From NCBI GenBank assembly GCA_963748215.1, contig CAVVHS010000008.1:416001-480000 (forward strand): DNA of 64,000 bases, written 5' to 3'. The notes under the pieces were generated by a model that did no database searches, was not told the origin of the DNA, and saw only the letters and a program-made list of their open reading frames with translations. This document shows, piece after piece, positions 12,060 through 22,624 of this stretch. The first letter of the stretch is position 1, and each line of letters begins with the position of its first letter. The translations under genes and the position numbers were made by a program. Origin of the DNA: an uncultured Gammaproteobacteria bacterium (lineage in GTDB: Bacteria; Pseudomonadota; Gammaproteobacteria; UBA9214).

Positions 12060-13624
12060 TTGCGCGCGCACGGCCGACATCAATGGCCACGGAAGCACCT
12101 GGAATTAAAAGGAAAATATTTAAACAACCCATGCCACGGAAACACACGGAAATAAACATGCAGGATGTCATTTTTCCGGAGCGCATCCCTTGTTGCAGGA
12201 GCGCATCTCATGGCCGTTCCCGCACATGGCTCAGGCCAGCCTCTCGACCCGGGCTATGCCCGCAATAATGGTCTCACCTTCTCCATGTGCTCCACGGCAC
12301 TTGTACATGGCCCAGGCCAGTTTCTCGACCGGTTCCCGGTCTCACCTTCTCCTGAACATCGCGCGATGAAAATGGCCACGGAATCCACGGAAGAACACGG
12401 AAAAATAAAACAACTTCCTTCAGGCACACAACGCGCCTGGATCCGTAGGAGCGGACCGCGTCCGCGATGTTTCTTTCGATAAAAATCGCGCTTGGGAAGC
12501 GCTCCTGCAACAATAAGATGCTCCGGCAAGAGCGGACACTGTCCGCGAGCTTTTTCATATCCCGCAAAGATCGCGCATGAGATGCGCTCCTGTAAAAAGA
12601 TGTCCTGTCACTGCTGTCCCACATAATCATCAGGAAAGTTTATTGAATGCGGCTATTCCAGTGATTGGATGGTGTTGAGCGGTACGTGGACATGAAATTC
12701 CGAAACAACGAATGATGTCATACCCGCGAAGGCGGGTATCCAGTCAGTCACTGATTAGCCGGGGCACAAAAAATCCTGGATTCCCGCCTTCGCGGGAATG
12801 ACGGCTATGTGGGACAGCGGTGATTTCCTGTATTCTTATTCCCGTGTTTTTCCGTGTATTTCCGCGTGCTTCCGTGGCCATTGTTCTTTTCACGTCTCAC
12901 GTCTTATATATCAATTGCAGGGCGCCTCCCTGCGCACCGCTAGCGGGGCGTAAAACGCACCCTATGGCTGGCTGCACCCCATCATTTTTGACAAACAGCA
13001 ATTATGCGTTTTTATATTTCCGCGTAGTTCCGTGTGCTTCCGTGGCCATTTGTCATGTAGGGTGCACTCCGTGCACCATTCCCGGTGCGTAAAACGCACC
13101 CTACGGCTGTAATCAATAACATGTAATTTTTCCGTGTTCTTCCGTGGATTCCGTGGCCATTTTACGTAGGCGCTCTCCCTGCGCACTGCTACCGATGCGT
13201 GAAACGCACCCTACAATCTCACCCGGCATTGATTTATTTTTTTTCGTGTAATTCCGTGTGCTTCCGTGGCCATTTGTTATGTAGGGTGCACTCCGTGCAC
13301 CATTTTCGGTGCGTAAAACGCACCCTACGGCTGTAATCAATAACATGTAATTTTTCCGTGTTCTTCCGTGGATTCCGTGGCCATTTTACGTAGGCGCTCT
13401 CCCTGCGCACTGCTATCGATGCGTGAAACGCACCCTACAATCTCACCCGGCATTGATTTATTTTTTTTCGTGTAATTCCGTGTGCTTCCGTGTGCTTCCG
13501 TGGCCATTTGTCATGTAGGGTGCACTCCGTGCACCATTCCCGGTGCGTAAAACGCACCCTACATCTCACCCGGCATTGATTTTTTTCCGTGTAGTTCCGT
13601 GTGCTTCCGTGGCCATTATTCTTT
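12060..13624. repeat. large mosaic repeat cluster (REP doublets, CACGG modules, ~224-234 bp tandem units)
   Basis: Multiple GTAGGAGCG..CGCGA and GTAGGGTGC..GCACC hairpins and TTCCGTG modules. Confidence 0.88.
12608..12823. mobile_element. putative 216 bp MITE
   Basis: 18 bp terminal inverted repeats TCACTGCTGTCCCACATA / TATGTGGGACAGCGGTGA (1 mismatch) enclosing a GTCATACCCGCGAAGGCGGGTATCCAG / CTGGATTCCCGCCTTCGCGGGAATGAC palindrome pair. Confidence 0.6.
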
Positions 13625-14506
13625 TCACGTTTCACGCCGACTACCCGTCAACAGCACCCATTCGTCACGCCGGTGCGGCGGATCGAACTCGATCCACGCC
13701 GCGTACGACGACATGACAGCCTTCGCCTGGTCTACAAGGATACCGGTCAGCAGGATGGTACCGCCGGGCCTGAGGTACCCGGCCAGCTCCGCGGCCAGTC
13801 CCTGCAGGGGATTGGCGAGGATATTGGCCAGCACGAGATCGACCGGCGTCGTATCGAGTTCTTGCGGAAAGCACACGTCGAAATCCGCGGTGATCCCGTT
13901 GACCAGCGCGTTCGCACGGGTCGCCTCGAGCGCACTGGGATCGATGTCCGTGGCCAGCACGCGCCCGGCACCGAGCTTGCGCGCGGCGATGGCCAGGATA
14001 CCCGACCCGCAGCCGTAGTCGATCACCGACCCGCCGGCCGGAGGGTGCCTGTCCAGCCATTCCAGGCACATCGCCGTGGTGGCATGGGTGCCGGTGCCAA
14101 AGGCAAAGCCGGGGTCCAGCGTGACCGTTACGGCCTCACTATCCGGACAGTCTTCGCCGGAAGGACACACCCACAGGTGTTCGCCGAAACGCGTCGGGCG
14201 GAAGGTCTCGCGCCAGGTAGATGACCAGTCGCGGTCTTCCAGCACAGAGACCGTCAGCGCCGGCAACGGATCCGCCAGCGCGTCGCGCAGCGCGGCCTCG
14301 ATGGCCCGTGCGTCGGCTTCCGCGGGAAACAGCGCCACCACGCGCGGATTGCGCCACACCGGCCGCGTACCCGGCACGGGCTCGATGAGCAGTTCGTCGG
14401 CCGCGTCCTGCAGGGTCACGGACTGCGCACCTGCGTCCTCCAGGGCCGCAGTCACCGCCTCGACCTGCTCGCGCAGCACATCAATGGAGAATTGCAGCCA
14501 GCTCAT
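13625..14506 (-). CDS. prmA: ribosomal protein L11 methyltransferase
   Basis: LDPGFAFGTGTHATT, DYGCGSGILAI, ANILANPL. Confidence 0.97.
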   Translation of the reverse strand: MSWLQFSIDVLREQVEAVTAALEDAGAQSVTLQDAADELLIEPVPGTRPVWRNPRVVALFPAEADARAIEAALRDALADPLPALTVSVLEDRDWSSTWRETFRPTRFGEHLWVCPSGEDCPDSEAVTVTLDPGFAFGTGTHATTAMCLEWLDRHPPAGGSVIDYGCGSGILAIAARKLGAGRVLATDIDPSALEATRANALVNGITADFDVCFPQELDTTPVDLVLANILANPLQGLAAELAGYLRPGGTILLTGILVDQAKAVMSSYAAWIEFDPPHRRDEWVLLTGSRRET

Positions 14507-14529
14507 GGGGCCAGGGAACCTCTGGTGAC

Positions 14530-15219
14530 ATCAATTTGCAGGGCGCACGTTGCGCACCTTCTACGTCACTGCTCTGTGCACCTTTTTCGGTGCGTACAAC
14601 GCACCCTACAATGATTTTTTATTTTTCCGTGTTCTTCCGTGGATTCCGTGGCCATTATCATCGCGCATGAGATGCGCTCCTACACCAATTAGACGATGTA
14701 GGGTGCACTCCGTGCACCTTTACCGGGCGTAAAACGCACCCTACATCAAACGATGCCGCTATTTCCGTAGGAGCGCTTCTCAAGCGCGATTTTTGCCGAC
14801 CGTGAAAAGACCACGGACCATATTCGCAGGGTGCATAACGTGCACCGTCCACGGTGCGTAAAACGCACCCTACGGCTTACCCTGCGATGATTATTGTTTT
14901 TTCCGTGTAATTCCGTGTGCTTCCGTGGCCATTATCATCGCGCATGAGATGCGCTCCTACTCCAATTAGACGGCGTAGGGTGCACTCCGTGCACATTTAC
15001 CGGGCGTAAAACGCACCCTACAGATACCCTGCAATGATTTTTTATTTTTCCGTGTTCTTCCGTGGATTCCGTGGCCATTATCATCGCGCATGAGATGCGC
15101 TCCTGCTCCAATTAGACGGCGTAGGGTGCACTCGTGCACCTTTTTGCGGTGCGTAACAAGCACCCTGCGTCTAATCTCATGCGAGCGTATAAAAAGCTCG
15201 CGGACGCGGTCCGCTCCTA
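14530..15219. repeat. mosaic REP/CACGG repeat cluster
   Basis: Several REP doublets and CACGG modules; the terminal REP overlaps the accC stop codon. Confidence 0.88.
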
Positions 15220-16557
15220 CAGCCCCAGCTTCTTTTCCAGGTAATGGATGTCCGCCCCGCCGGCCATGAAGGCAGCATCGGTGATGATATCGCGCTGCAA
15301 CGGCACGTTACACTTGATGCCTTCGATGACGATCTCGTTCAGCGCGACGCGCATGCGTGCCAGCGCCGAGGCACGGTTCTCGCCGTGGGCGATGAGCTTG
15401 CCGATCATGGAATCGTAATAGGGCGGCACGCGATAGCCATTGTAGATGTGGGTGTCCATGCGGATGCCCGGCCCGCCGGGGGCATGGTAATTGCTGATGA
15501 TGCCCGGTGACGGCATGAAGTTGGTCGGGTCTTCCGCGTTGATGCGGCACTCGATGGCGTGGCCGCGGATCTTGATATCCTTCTGCTTGTAGGTCAGCCC
15601 GTTGCCCGCCGCGATATTGAGCTGCTCCTTGACGATGTCGACCCCGGTCACCATTTCCGTGACCGGGTGCTCCACCTGCACGCGGGTGTTCATTTCGATG
15701 AAATAGAACTCACCGTTCTCGAACAGGAATTCGAAGGTACCCGCGCCCCGGTACTTGAGCCGGGCACAGGCCTCCGCGCAGCGCTTGCCCATTTCCTGGC
15801 GCTGGTGCTCGGTAATGCCCGGCGCCGGCGCCTCCTCCACCACCTTCTGGTGCCGGCGCTGCATGGAACAGTCGCGTTCGCCAAGATGGATGGCGTTGCC
15901 CTCCCCGTCGGCCAGCACCTGGAATTCGATATGCCGCGGCGTGGTCAGGAATTTCTCCATATAGACAACGTCGTTGTTGAACGCGTTCTTCGCCTCGGTG
16001 CGGGTCAGCGAGATCGCGCCCAGCAATGCCGCCTCGGCGTGCACCACGCGCATGCCACGCCCGCCGCCGCCGCCGGCGGCCTTGATAATGATCGGGTAGC
16101 CGATCTGGCGCGCCATCTTCAGGTTGGTGGCATCATCCTCTCCCAGCGGCCCGTCCGAGCCCGGCACGGTCGGCACCCCGGCCTCCTTCATGGCGCGAAT
16201 GGCGGCGACCTTGTCGCCCATGGTGCGGATGGTATCCGGGCGCGGACCGATGAAGATGAACCCACTGCGCTCGACCTGCTCGGCGAAGTCATCGTTCTCG
16301 GACAGGAACCCGTAGCCGGGATGAATCGCACTGGCATCGGTCACCTCGGCCGCGCTGATGATGGCCGGGATGTTGAGATAACTTTCCGTGGAACGGGCCG
16401 GGCCGATACAGACGCTTTCATCCGCCAGCAGCACGTGCTTGAGCTCCCGGTCGGCTTCGGAATGCACCGCCACGGTGCTGATGCCCAGCTCGTGGCAGGA
16501 ACGCAGGATACGCAGGGCAATCTCGCCCCGGTTGGCAATAACGACCTTTTTCAGCAT
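15217..16557 (-). CDS. accC: acetyl-CoA carboxylase biotin carboxylase subunit
   Basis: [36 protein letters not shown]. Confidence 0.98.
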   Translation of the reverse strand: MLKKVVIANRGEIALRILRSCHELGISTVAVHSEADRELKHVLLADESVCIGPARSTESYLNIPAIISAAEVTDASAIHPGYGFLSENDDFAEQVERSGFIFIGPRPDTIRTMGDKVAAIRAMKEAGVPTVPGSDGPLGEDDATNLKMARQIGYPIIIKAAGGGGGRGMRVVHAEAALLGAISLTRTEAKNAFNNDVVYMEKFLTTPRHIEFQVLADGEGNAIHLGERDCSMQRRHQKVVEEAPAPGITEHQRQEMGKRCAEACARLKYRGAGTFEFLFENGEFYFIEMNTRVQVEHPVTEMVTGVDIVKEQLNIAAGNGLTYKQKDIKIRGHAIECRINAEDPTNFMPSPGIISNYHAPGGPGIRMDTHIYNGYRVPPYYDSMIGKLIAHGENRASALARMRVALNEIVIEGIKCNVPLQRDIITDAAFMAGGADIHYLEKKLGL

Positions 16558-17009
16558 CAGCTGATCACAAACATGGTCTGCCCGTATTCGACGGGCTGGC
16601 CGTTTTCAACCAGTTTCGCGGAGATCTTGCCGGCCTTGTCGGCCTCGATCTGGTTGAGCATTTTCATGGCCTCGATGATACACAGCGTATCGCCTTCGCT
16701 GACCGTCTGGCCGACCTCGACAAACGGCTTGGCACCGGGCGATGGCGCCTCGTAGAAGGTACCGACCATGGGCGAGGTGACATTGTGGCCGGCGGGCACG
16801 GGCGGTTCCGCGGCTGCCTCGGGTACCACCGCGGCGGGTGCGGCTGCCGGGGCCGCCAGCATGGCCGGCGGCGGATAATAGGCCGGTGGTGCCATGGCAG
16901 AACCGGTACGGCTGATACGCACCGATTCCTCGCCCTCGTGAATCTCGATTTCGGCGATATTCGATTCTTCCAGCAGCTCAATGAGTTTCTTGACCTTGCG
17001 TATGTCCAT
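16557..17009 (-). CDS. accB: acetyl-CoA carboxylase biotin carboxyl carrier protein
   Basis: [17 protein letters not shown] biotinylation motif. Confidence 0.98.
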   Translation of the reverse strand: MDIRKVKKLIELLEESNIAEIEIHEGEESVRISRTGSAMAPPAYYPPPAMLAAPAAAPAAVVPEAAAEPPVPAGHNVTSPMVGTFYEAPSPGAKPFVEVGQTVSEGDTLCIIEAMKMLNQIEADKAGKISAKLVENGQPVEYGQTMFVIS

Positions 17010-17019
17010 GTCTAAGCCC

Positions 17020-17230
17020 GTCTGGTGTAGGGTGCGCGCTGCGCACCGTGTACTCTGTTGAACATTTCACCCCTCTCGGTAACTGCGTCCTGCGTTACTC
17101 TAATACCGACATCCCTGTCGGCATCCCTCCGGGAGAGGGCCGGGGAGAGGGGATAATAACCCTTTCAATAATCTAAGTTACTGATTCCCTGTTGCTTGTT
17201 TTTTCCGTGCTCTTCCGCAGATCCCCTGGC
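17020..17230. repeat. REP plus CCCTCTC...GGGAGAGGG palindromic repeat
   Basis: GTAGGGTGCGCGCTGCGCACC; CCCCTCTC...GGGAGAGGGCCGGGGAGAGGGG; degenerate TTCCGTG module. Confidence 0.6.
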
Positions 17231-17232
17231 TA

Positions 17233-17676
17233 TCATCTCTTTTCCAGATACCGCACCGCCGCCTGCAACGCCAGCTCATAGCCGATCGGCCCCAGCCCGG
17301 AAATCACCCCGACCGCAATGTCCGAGAAAAACGACTGCTTCCGGAAGGCCTCGCGGGCATGGACATTGGAGAGATGAACTTCGATGAAGGGGATGCCGAC
17401 CGCCTGCAGGGCATCGCGCAGGCCGACGCTGGTATGCGTCAGGGCAGCGGGGTTGATGATAATAAAATCAATGTCTTGCACTGAAGCTTCCTGTACCCTG
17501 CCGATCAGTTCGTGCTCGGCATTGCTCTGGAAACTGGTCAGTTCGACGCCGGCAGACTTTGCCTGCGCCTGCAGGTCCGCGAGAATCTCGTCCAGCGTGG
17601 TGGCGCCGTAGTGCTCCGGCTCGCGCGTACCGAGCAGGTTCAGGTTGGGGCCGTTAATCAGGAGAATGCTGAACAT
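17233..17676 (-). CDS. aroQ: type II 3-dehydroquinate dehydratase
   Basis: [33 protein letters not shown]. Confidence 0.97.
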   Translation of the reverse strand: MFSILLINGPNLNLLGTREPEHYGATTLDEILADLQAQAKSAGVELTSFQSNAEHELIGRVQEASVQDIDFIIINPAALTHTSVGLRDALQAVGIPFIEVHLSNVHAREAFRKQSFFSDIAVGVISGLGPIGYELALQAAVRYLEKR

Positions 17677-17905
17677 AGCCTGATTCCGCCGAAAAATTGC
17701 ATCTAGAGCGCTGTTTGTTCATGCAAACTTGCCAGTGGCTAACCCATCGACCTCATTTCTGGCGGCTATTATCCATGATTTGTTAATTTTGTACAGATCG
17801 AGAATTTTAGCGGACATTCATATGGTGTTTGAAGCAAAATAGAGCAATTACCACATCGGCTCCTAGCCTTACATTGCCTGCGGGATTTTTCTTGGATTTG
17901 CCTGC

Positions 17906-19666
17906 CTATTGGTGTCGCCGACACCAGCTGGACCAGAAGCTTCGATAGGTTGCTTCGAGCGTTTGCACGAAAGGCCCTGGCTGGCACAGCGCTGAATCCA
18001 ATAGCCGTTGACGCATGGACATCCTTAGCTGTTCCAGCCGGGCCGGCTGGAATGCGAGCGCAACTGCAAGGTCGACATAGTTATCACTGGATTGTGCAAT
18101 ACACTCATGCAGACCGACATGCTGCAAGAGACTGTTGCCGACCCGTCCGGCATGCACGCCACCCTTGAGCACAATGACTGGCACCCCCATCCAGAGGGTA
18201 TCGCAGGTCGTGGTTGTACCATTATAAGGGAAGGTATCCAGCGCGATATCCACGTCGTGGTAGGCCTTCAGATGCTCCTCCTTTGATGGCGTGAGCCCCA
18301 GAAAGTCGAGCCGGTGCTGCATGATTCCATGCTGTTCGAAGCGTTGCAGGAAAAACTTGCGCGTTTCAGCGTCGGAATAAGAACGATATTTCAGCAACAA
18401 TCTGGAATCCGGAACCTGCTCGAGAATGCGCGCCCAGGATTCGATGGCTTCATCGGAAATCTTTGCAGGATAATTGAACGAGCCAAAGGTAATGTATCCC
18501 TTTTCCAGACAAGGGGGAGGTACGATATCGGGTGCCGCTTCGGGCGGCTGATAGCAGAGGAAACCACGTTCAAGCCGGATCAGGCGCTCCGTATAAGAGC
18601 ATTCCCCAGAGCCTGCCGGATCTGCATAGGCATCGGTCAGCCGGTAGTCGACCGTATCCAGGCCCGTGGTATTCGGATAACCCAGATAGCTGACCTGGAC
18701 AGGCGCCGGTCTGTAACCGAGTACCGCTAGGCGGTTACCCGAAGTATGCCCTGCCAGATCGACAAGTATATCGATGGCGTCACCCTCGATCAGGTCTGCA
18801 ACAGCAGTATCCTGCATCGTAGAGATGTCCGTAAAATGATCGACTGCGCCCTTGAACCAGGCCGTCGTTGCATCCGGATTGTTGAGGCTGGAATAGAGAT
18901 ATAACTCGAACTGTGACCGGTCATGACTGGCGATGACCGGCCGCATGAAATAGGCCACCGAGTGCTCCCTGAAATCCGGACTGATATAGGCAAGCCGGAT
19001 TTTTCTCCCGGGGTCAGGACTGTTTAAATGGGTCGTTCGGCGATTAACCCGTGCCATGTGCCGCTGCGCCCAGTCTAGGTGTGCTGCATGGATTTCCTCT
19101 CGCGAAAAGCCGGTTCCGTAATTCATGCAGAGCAGAATATTGTCATGGGCTTCCCGGTAATCGGGCTTGAGCTCCAGCGCCCGGTGCCACTCCTCGAAGG
19201 CCCGTCCTGAATCTCCCATCTCGGCAAGTATATTTCCCAGATTGCAATGGGGCACAGGATGAGCCGGATTGATCCCGATTGCATTCCGGTATGCTGCCAT
19301 TGCCTTGCCAAGCATACCGCTGAAGGCATAGATATTGCCCAGCAATAACCACGGCTCGAAAAAATCCCGCCGGATTTTTACCGACCGCTGCAGGGCATCC
19401 AGCGAATCCCCGCCCCTGCCCTGAGCCAGCAGCACTGAACCCAGCTGGTAATACAGCTCGTGATTTTTTTTATTGAATTTCAGCGCCCGGCGGAAATAGC
19501 CTTCCGCCTCGGCAAGCTTGCCCATGCGCTGGCTGATCGTTCCGAGCACCTGCAATGCCTCGGGATCCTTCTTGTTAACAGACAGGACTCGCGCGTACAA
19601 CTCGAACGCCTCGGGTATGCGATTTGCATTGAAACTGGCGCGAGCCTGTTGCTTCAGATCAAACAT
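17906..19666 (-). CDS. TPR repeat protein with SPINDLY/GT41 O-GlcNAc transferase-like domain
   Basis: N-terminal TPRs; YISPDFREHSVA, DILVDLAGHT, PAPVQVSYLGYPNTTG, TFGSFN..KI, DTFPYNGTTTT. Confidence 0.9.
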   Translation of the reverse strand: MFDLKQQARASFNANRIPEAFELYARVLSVNKKDPEALQVLGTISQRMGKLAEAEGYFRRALKFNKKNHELYYQLGSVLLAQGRGGDSLDALQRSVKIRRDFFEPWLLLGNIYAFSGMLGKAMAAYRNAIGINPAHPVPHCNLGNILAEMGDSGRAFEEWHRALELKPDYREAHDNILLCMNYGTGFSREEIHAAHLDWAQRHMARVNRRTTHLNSPDPGRKIRLAYISPDFREHSVAYFMRPVIASHDRSQFELYLYSSLNNPDATTAWFKGAVDHFTDISTMQDTAVADLIEGDAIDILVDLAGHTSGNRLAVLGYRPAPVQVSYLGYPNTTGLDTVDYRLTDAYADPAGSGECSYTERLIRLERGFLCYQPPEAAPDIVPPPCLEKGYITFGSFNYPAKISDEAIESWARILEQVPDSRLLLKYRSYSDAETRKFFLQRFEQHGIMQHRLDFLGLTPSKEEHLKAYHDVDIALDTFPYNGTTTTCDTLWMGVPVIVLKGGVHAGRVGNSLLQHVGLHECIAQSSDNYVDLAVALAFQPARLEQLRMSMRQRLLDSALCQPGPFVQTLEATYRSFWSSWCRRHQ

Positions 19667-19996
19667 GCGTCCAAAACCGTATCATGGTACTTGTAGAATC
19701 CGCGCCCATCCGCATCAAGCACTGGCTATTCAATATGTCCCATCGAAGCACTCCTGGACAATGAACATTATTAGAACAATTGCCGCTTATCCGGGTAGGG
19801 CTCAATTCAAACATGGCTATGTCACAAATGCATGCCCAAGCATCGCCATAAAAATCTCCTGCCAGAGGATACGAAGCGTGAAAAACATCCCCCTTGCTCA
19901 ACAGCACACACAGAATACAATTGACAATCCCCCACCAAACGCAAATATCTCTTTGTTTTTAATTGTATTTAATGAATGAGCAGTTCCAGCAATACC

Positions 19997-20180
19997 TGAC
20001 GAATTTTCTTACAATCAACTATGCGCGCGCCGGCAAGCGGCCGCAGAAAAGACCCGAGAGAGAAAAACTCATATATAATTGTTTTCAAAGTATTTATTTT
20101 GACGGCCCGGCATACACTGGCACGCCACGCAACCAGTGCAGGCAGTAAGAGTAACCAGCCATTCGTCGGAATATCTTACA
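19997..20180. promoter_or_regulatory. two putative enhancer boxes (PEP-box/PrsR-like, TGT-N11-ACA type)
   Basis: TGACGAATTTTCTTACA (19997-20013) and CGTCGGAATATCTTACA (20164-20180), both 17 nt, upstream of a sigma54-type promoter. Confidence 0.45.
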
Positions 20181-20278
20181 AATAGACACCGTAAGAGTAC
20201 TTTCAAGAAATCAGCACTCACTTGTGATCACTGCATTTCATCGACATAACAAGAAGATACAACCAGACAACACAAGGT

Positions 20279-20294
20279 TGGCACGCAATCTGCA
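20279..20294 (+). promoter_or_regulatory. sigma54 (-24/-12) promoter
   Basis: TGGCAC-GCAAT-CTGCA versus consensus TGGCAC-N5-TTGCW, ~140 nt upstream of the ATG at 20437. Confidence 0.65.
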
Positions 20295-20436
20295 CAAACC
20301 TGAGGAGCAGGATGGCTGAAAATCGCGTTGTTCTGTGATCCTGTTCTATTACAGGGTGAGCCATATGGATTAGGCTAGATGTGGCTCAAATAGCCTATGT
20401 TAACCAAATATCTTAAGATTTTTGAGGAGTTACATA

Positions 20437-21073
20437 ATGAAAAAGCTCTTAATCGCAACAGCCGTTGGCACAGCACTTGCGCTGTCCGCCACAACAGCTT
20501 CTGCAGTCAGCGTCGCATCGTGGCAGCTGCAAGACTTCGACGCTGACTGATGGCTGTCGAGTGACTTTAACTTCTTCTCGCCACCTGCTGGTAATGGTCC
20601 GAAATCAGTTCGCCGCAGGCGCGGGTGACGGTGCGCCGATCGCCATGAACACGGCGAAATTCGGCATCAATGTGTTCACCACCCGGCTTCAACTTGGCGG
20701 TATCGGCGTGTTCGCTCCGTTCGTTGGCAATGCTGCCGGTACCGGCAATATCGCTGCTGACATTTCCGGTGGCTCTCTGACCTTCAGCGCCCTGGATTTT
20801 GGCGGCTTGTTTGGTGGCGTCAACTTCTACCTGCCGCCTGATGGTGGTGCCGTCACGGTTGAAACCCTTACCGATCTCGGTGGTGGTGATTGGGGCGTAG
20901 TTGTCCGATTCATTGGCACAATCAATGAACCAACAAGTCCCTTCAACGGCTTCGCTGCCAACTGGCGCCTGGAAGGTACCATGACCGTGGTTCCAGTCCC
21001 GGCAGCAGTCTGGCTGTTCGGCTCCGGTCTGCTCGGTCTGGTTGGCGTGGCTCGTCGCAAGAAGGCTGCCTGA
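20437..21073 (+). CDS. VPxPA/PEP-CTERM-type sorted surface protein (frame disrupted in this sequence)
   Basis: GAGGAG RBS, signal peptide MKKLLIATAVGTALALSATTASA, C-terminal VPVPAAVWLFGSGLLGLVGVARRKKAA; indels at ~20548-20695 break the frame. Confidence 0.85.
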
Positions 21074-21110
21074 TTAAGGCCATAGCAAGGCTGTAGTCAT
21101 TCGGTAGAAC

Positions 21111-21140
21111 AAGGCGGGCCCATCGGGTCCGCCTTTTTTT
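21111..21140 (+). terminator. intrinsic terminator
   Basis: AAGGCGGGCCC-ATC-GGGTCCGCCTT hairpin followed by a T-run. Confidence 0.8.
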
Positions 21141-21348
21141 ATCCCAGCCCCCGTCCACATAAAGCACTGACCGGACGACCTGCTCCATCTTTCGGCGTCT
21201 GGTTTTCGTGCAGCCATTGACGCGCGATTCGGACCGATAGCGCGAGCGACATCCTGCCTCAGTATGCGGCCCAATCCGCCACTTGTCGGCGAAAGCATCA
21301 GCCATTGCAGTGAGTCATTCCAATTCCAGACACTTATAATTAAAACCA

Positions 21349-22467
21349 ATGGCTAAAATCAGAAACGTAACAGGGACTAGATTCCGACGTGACTGACATC
21401 GATATCACCGCCTTGGCACGGCAGGGAATCATGCTGGAAGCGAAACACTGGCGCGACTGGCCAGCACACCCGAGTTCACCACACTGCTCGAATACCTGGA
21501 AGACTATTCGGGCTTCGTTGCGTCCGGTCGGTATGAATATCTTGGCAATTCATTCCTTGCGGATGTAACCCGGGAACACACTATCGACTTTAGCAGGCCA
21601 GAAGCTACCACCCTCCGGCTTGGACAGATAATCGACCTGCTTGCTGCCTGCGATCTATTTAACGGCTGGTCACTACCCCTTGATATCCTGCAACCACAAA
21701 GACTGCGCAAATATGCGGAATCAGCGATCGATCAGCTGGCGATATCGCGAACGAGCGGTGGGATCGGCCCACTATTGGCCCAGAAACTCAATAGCTGCGA
21801 CGCAACGCGGGTCATCCAGCTATTGAAAATACTCGGCTGTATCAATGCAGATCTGACAAGCCGCTGCCAGCTATCGCTCGGTGCCTCCGGCGGCACCAGA
21901 GATCGGGTGTCGATTCACCACACGCCAAGCATTCAATACATTAACCACAACCTCTTGGTACGCACACCTGCTCCAGCCACTATCACATTCGGTCAGGTCA
22001 GGCACGCAGTGGATGACATCGTCCTGGTGGATAACGACCCGCACATGAAACGGCGTTACGAAAAACTCAACAGGGAAGCCAACACACTCGCCCTTAACCA
22101 GGACACTATGCTTGCGCTGGACACACTCAGAAACAGAATAGCTGCTGGAGAAACCGCACCCAGAGATCTTGTGGTCGCATTCAGAATCGACCATCGCATG
22201 ATCCCAGATGCCGCGGACTTCCTCGAGCACCTGACACGGGTAATAGCGGATAGAGCCGATCTCAACATCACCATTGGCGCAGGTCATACAAACAAGGAAT
22301 TCAAGGGCCGCCGCAGGAAGATAAAGGAACTCGAAAGCGCACTACTAGCTCGGAATCTCAAGCCGTTACACATCATCTGGCACCGTGGCACCAGCCTCGC
22401 GAAGCAACGCCGGAGTCCGCCTCTTTGGCGCTCCCATATACGCCACATACGAGATTTTGTATTGTAG
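21349..22467 (+). CDS. hypothetical protein (5' end disrupted)
   Basis: ATG at 21349 is in frame with a stop-free stretch 21397-22467, interrupted by TGA at 21394; no recognisable motif. Confidence 0.45.
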
Positions 22468-22624
22468 AATTATTCAACAGTAGCAGCCGACCAGCCGCGC
22501 CAACCACATAAAACAGGACCACCCTCGGCCATCAGGGCTGCAACATTATTTAAATAACCACGGAAAGCAGGAATGCGTTCCATTTCGTTAGACCTGCGAT
22601 CTTAACAACCCGAGAAAACCGGAT

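Noticed and set aside
20118-20135. Second TGGCAC as a sigma54 promoter
   Set aside because: There is no GC at the -12 position with the required spacing.
20548-20550. In-frame TGA in the CTERM gene as selenocysteine or programmed readthrough
   Set aside because: Homology to the large protein continues in a different frame, so this is an indel rather than recoding.
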